Shown here piece after piece: positions 61,859 through 64,000 of a DNA stretch of 64,000 nucleotides. Both the position numbers and the translations under genes were made by a program. Each line of letters begins with the position of its first letter. The stretch's first letter is position 1. This DNA comes from Bacteroidia bacterium (lineage in GTDB: Bacteria; Bacteroidota; Bacteroidia; AKYH767-A; OLB10), in assembly GCA_038320345.1 (NCBI GenBank), contig JBBQED010000009.1, positions 64,190 through 128,189 on the forward strand, given 5' to 3'. Under the pieces are notes generated by a model that saw nothing but the letters and a program-made list of their open reading frames with translations, was not told where the DNA came from and ran no database searches.

Positions 61859-64000
61859 TTATGGATGAACAGAAAAAAGAAACAAAGAAGCATTATTGTC
61901 AACCAATGCTTGGTCTAAGACATCTACGAATCCATCTCCATTCACATCAGTACTATAATATCCGAAAGCGAATGATCCTGCATCATTATCGATTGAACTT
62001 TGATCTAATACATCAATGAATTCGTCTTGTATTGAGATATCTCCACTATACATTGCCCATATTCCAGTATCAATTAATTTCATACTATTACCATATGATT
62101 GTGAATTTGCAGTACTGAAATTATAAGTGGTAAGATTAGAAAACAGTATCGGAATTGATGACCAGATTTGCATTCCATTGCGATGTTTTATTGCAATATA
62201 ATAACTTAATCCATTTAAGGTAGAAGTCAAATTGATAGCAGCACTTCCATTGGTTGAAAGTACAACTTTAGATGCAGAAATTACGGAATAAGGACTATTT
62301 GTAGCGTGTAATTCTACTGAAATCGTATCTGTTTTTGAAACTGTTGCTCCACTCACGCCTTCGTTTAATAATACTGGAGCCATTAAACCTGAGCCACTAT
62401 AAAATCCCTCAATATATACCGTTATGTTTAATGTAATATTGGTATAAATAAAATTACTAGCCGTATTTACATTGCATGCTCCAGTGAGCAAAGTAATAAC
62501 ACCAGTTCCTCCTCCTGCGGGTGCAGTAGTTGTAATTTGGCTATTATTCACAATCGTAAAAGTTGAACTTACTCCGTTAAATTTCACACCTATGCAATTA
62601 TTCATATTTGAACCATTGATCGTAACCAAAGTTCCTACCCCTCCTGTAGCAGGACTAAAATTTGAGATAACAGGAGCGTTAATTACTGTTACAGAAAAGT
62701 TCGGTGACACGACACCGTTACCACATACACTGGAACCTTTCACATTCACAACTCCAGAAATCGCAGCACCAGAAAAATTAACAGTAATCACATTGGTATT
62801 AGCGCCTGATACTATTGCAGCCCCTGTGGGTACTGACCAGATATAGCCTGTAGCTCCAGAAATTACTGGTATTGAATATATAATTCCAGACTGACCGGCA
62901 CAAACTGAAGGAGTACCTGAAATACTTCCCGCGGCGCTCGCTAACGAATTAATGGTAATGTCGGAGCCATTGTTAGTTCCAATGATTGCCGGAGAGGAAC
63001 TACGTACTCTAACTCTGTAAAAGGAAGATGCTGCTAATCCTAACGGGATAGTAGTATTAATAATTCCACTATTTACAGAATTTACCGTAGCTAGAGTAGT
63101 AGCGATTGGGCTAAATGAACCATTTACATCTGAGAGTTCAAGCGTGAAAATATTCCCTGCCGATGCAGGTCCATTAGAATAATAAGTCACTGAAATCATA
63201 TTTCCGGGGCAATATGTATTTACTTGTAACGGTTGAGTTAGAAGTGTAGTAAATGGAGCAGCACCGTTTGCAATTGCAAAATTCACATTGGAAATATCAA
63301 AGAAGATATTGCCAATCGATTCAATTTTAATTCTTGCAGTGGTGGTAGGAAGATTCGGAACACTCCAACTTTCACTACCATCATTTGGAGTACTTGCAAA
63401 AAGCAAATAAGGGTAAGTAAAACCGCCATCTACTGAAAGAGAAATTTTAACATTAGGGCTATTAAACGGGGCAATATTAGTAGCGGCTACATTCCATAAG
63501 ATATTCTGTGAAGTGCCCGCGTTCCACGTTACCAAAGTGTTTGGTGAGGTTACAGAAAACGAACTTCCAGCAACTACTGAAATATTCAGCGTAGTATCTG
63601 GATGCATTACCCCACCTCCATTTAAACGGTTGTCCCTTACCGTTAGTCGGAACTTCATTGTGCGAGCGGCAGTAGGCAAAACTTCACCTACTGAAGTAAC
63701 GTTATTAATCAGATCACTAAGCGCAGGGAAAGTGCGTGAAGGAGAGGAAGAAGGAAGAAAAGGACGAAATAATGGGGCTGTCCCTGCTGAAATACTCCAT
63801 ACTCCCGCAGCACCAAGATCATATTCCTCCCAGCAATACGTTAATGGATCACCGTTAGGATCTGTTCCTGCGCCAGTAAGTACGAAAGGAGTAGAAACAG
63901 GTATCGAATAAACTGCCCCAACACTGGTCACTACAGGAGGTGTATTCCCTGTGCTAGTAGTAACTGGACAAGTGCTACCATTTCCAGTAGTCGTGTAAAT
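61859..64000 (-). CDS. 5'-truncated large beta-rich surface protein with a dockerin-like C-terminal Ca-binding repeat
   Basis: The frame is open to the window end, and the annotated GTG at 63931 is internal. The C-terminus has DVNGDGFVDVLD, which matches the dockerin/EF-hand-like DxNxDGxVDxxD pattern. The body is made of T/S/G/N-rich Ig-like repeats. Confidence 0.5.
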   Translation of the reverse strand: MYTTTGNGSTCPVTTSTGNTPPVVTSVGAVYSIPVSTPFVLTGAGTDPNGDPLTYCWEEYDLGAAGVWSISAGTAPLFRPFLPSSSPSRTFPALSDLINNVTSVGEVLPTAARTMKFRLTVRDNRLNGGGVMHPDTTLNISVVAGSSFSVTSPNTLVTWNAGTSQNILWNVAATNIAPFNSPNVKISLSVDGGFTYPYLLFASTPNDGSESWSVPNLPTTTARIKIESIGNIFFDISNVNFAIANGAAPFTTLLTQPLQVNTYCPGNMISVTYYSNGPASAGNIFTLELSDVNGSFSPIATTLATVNSVNSGIINTTIPLGLAASSFYRVRVRSSSPAIIGTNNGSDITINSLASAAGSISGTPSVCAGQSGIIYSIPVISGATGYIWSVPTGAAIVSGANTNVITVNFSGAAISGVVNVKGSSVCGNGVVSPNFSVTVINAPVISNFSPATGGVGTLVTINGSNMNNCIGVKFNGVSSTFTIVNNSQITTTAPAGGGTGVITLLTGACNVNTASNFIYTNITLNITVYIEGFYSGSGLMAPVLLNEGVSGATVSKTDTISVELHATNSPYSVISASKVVLSTNGSAAINLTSTLNGLSYYIAIKHRNGMQIWSSIPILFSNLTTYNFSTANSQSYGNSMKLIDTGIWAMYSGDISIQDEFIDVLDQSSIDNDAGSFAFGYYSTDVNGDGFVDVLDQALVDNNASLFLFSVHP

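Noticed and set aside
1-64000. CRISPR arrays, IS elements or transposases, integrases, restriction-modification or other recognisable defence systems
   Set aside because: None was found by eye. There are no tandem direct-repeat arrays, no DDE-transposase or integrase-like ORFs, and no nuclease, helicase or ATPase gene combinations of unknown function.

Overview
The window is a 64-kb chromosomal segment that looks like a low-GC Bacteroidota genome (Sphingobacteriia/Cytophagia-like). Supporting signs are T9SS-type C-terminal sorting sequences, a TAnnTTTG -7 promoter box, no Shine-Dalgarno sequences, and TamB/TamA and Mla gene neighbourhoods. It is mostly core housekeeping: bcp, prmC, ribD, yigZ, a split 5'-nucleotidase, dnaA, a low-molecular-weight tyrosine phosphatase, ribH, a class II ribonucleotide reductase (nrdJ), a peptide-type ABC importer, tRNA-Ser(GCT), an NtrC-type sigma-54 two-component system with rpoN nearby, an AI-2E transporter, MlaEFD, and the TamB/TamA pair. 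From about 47.9 to 57.1 kb there is a dense general-stress, oxidative-stress and desiccation island: DUF4142, a PA2169-like protein, general stress protein 26, catalase HPII, YtxH paralogues, a KGG-like hydrophilin, DUF892 and a glycine-zipper protein. It is followed by a 1217-aa multi-PAS histidine kinase and a partial large surface protein with a dockerin-like C-terminus. I found no CRISPR array, integrase, transposase or recognisable defence system. The most unusual sequence-level observations are these. First, a 17-bp exact copy of the tRNA-Ser 3' end sits 165 bp downstream of the tRNA, with a 49-bp near-perfect palindrome in between, which looks like an att-like scar or hotspot. Second, conserved non-coding motifs are shared among non-homologous stress-gene leaders. 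Third, a perfect 39-bp palindrome abuts a start codon. Fourth, two small membrane-protein genes (DUF1328, lmo0937-like) are missing from the ORF track. All functional calls are from my reading of motifs, not from database searches.
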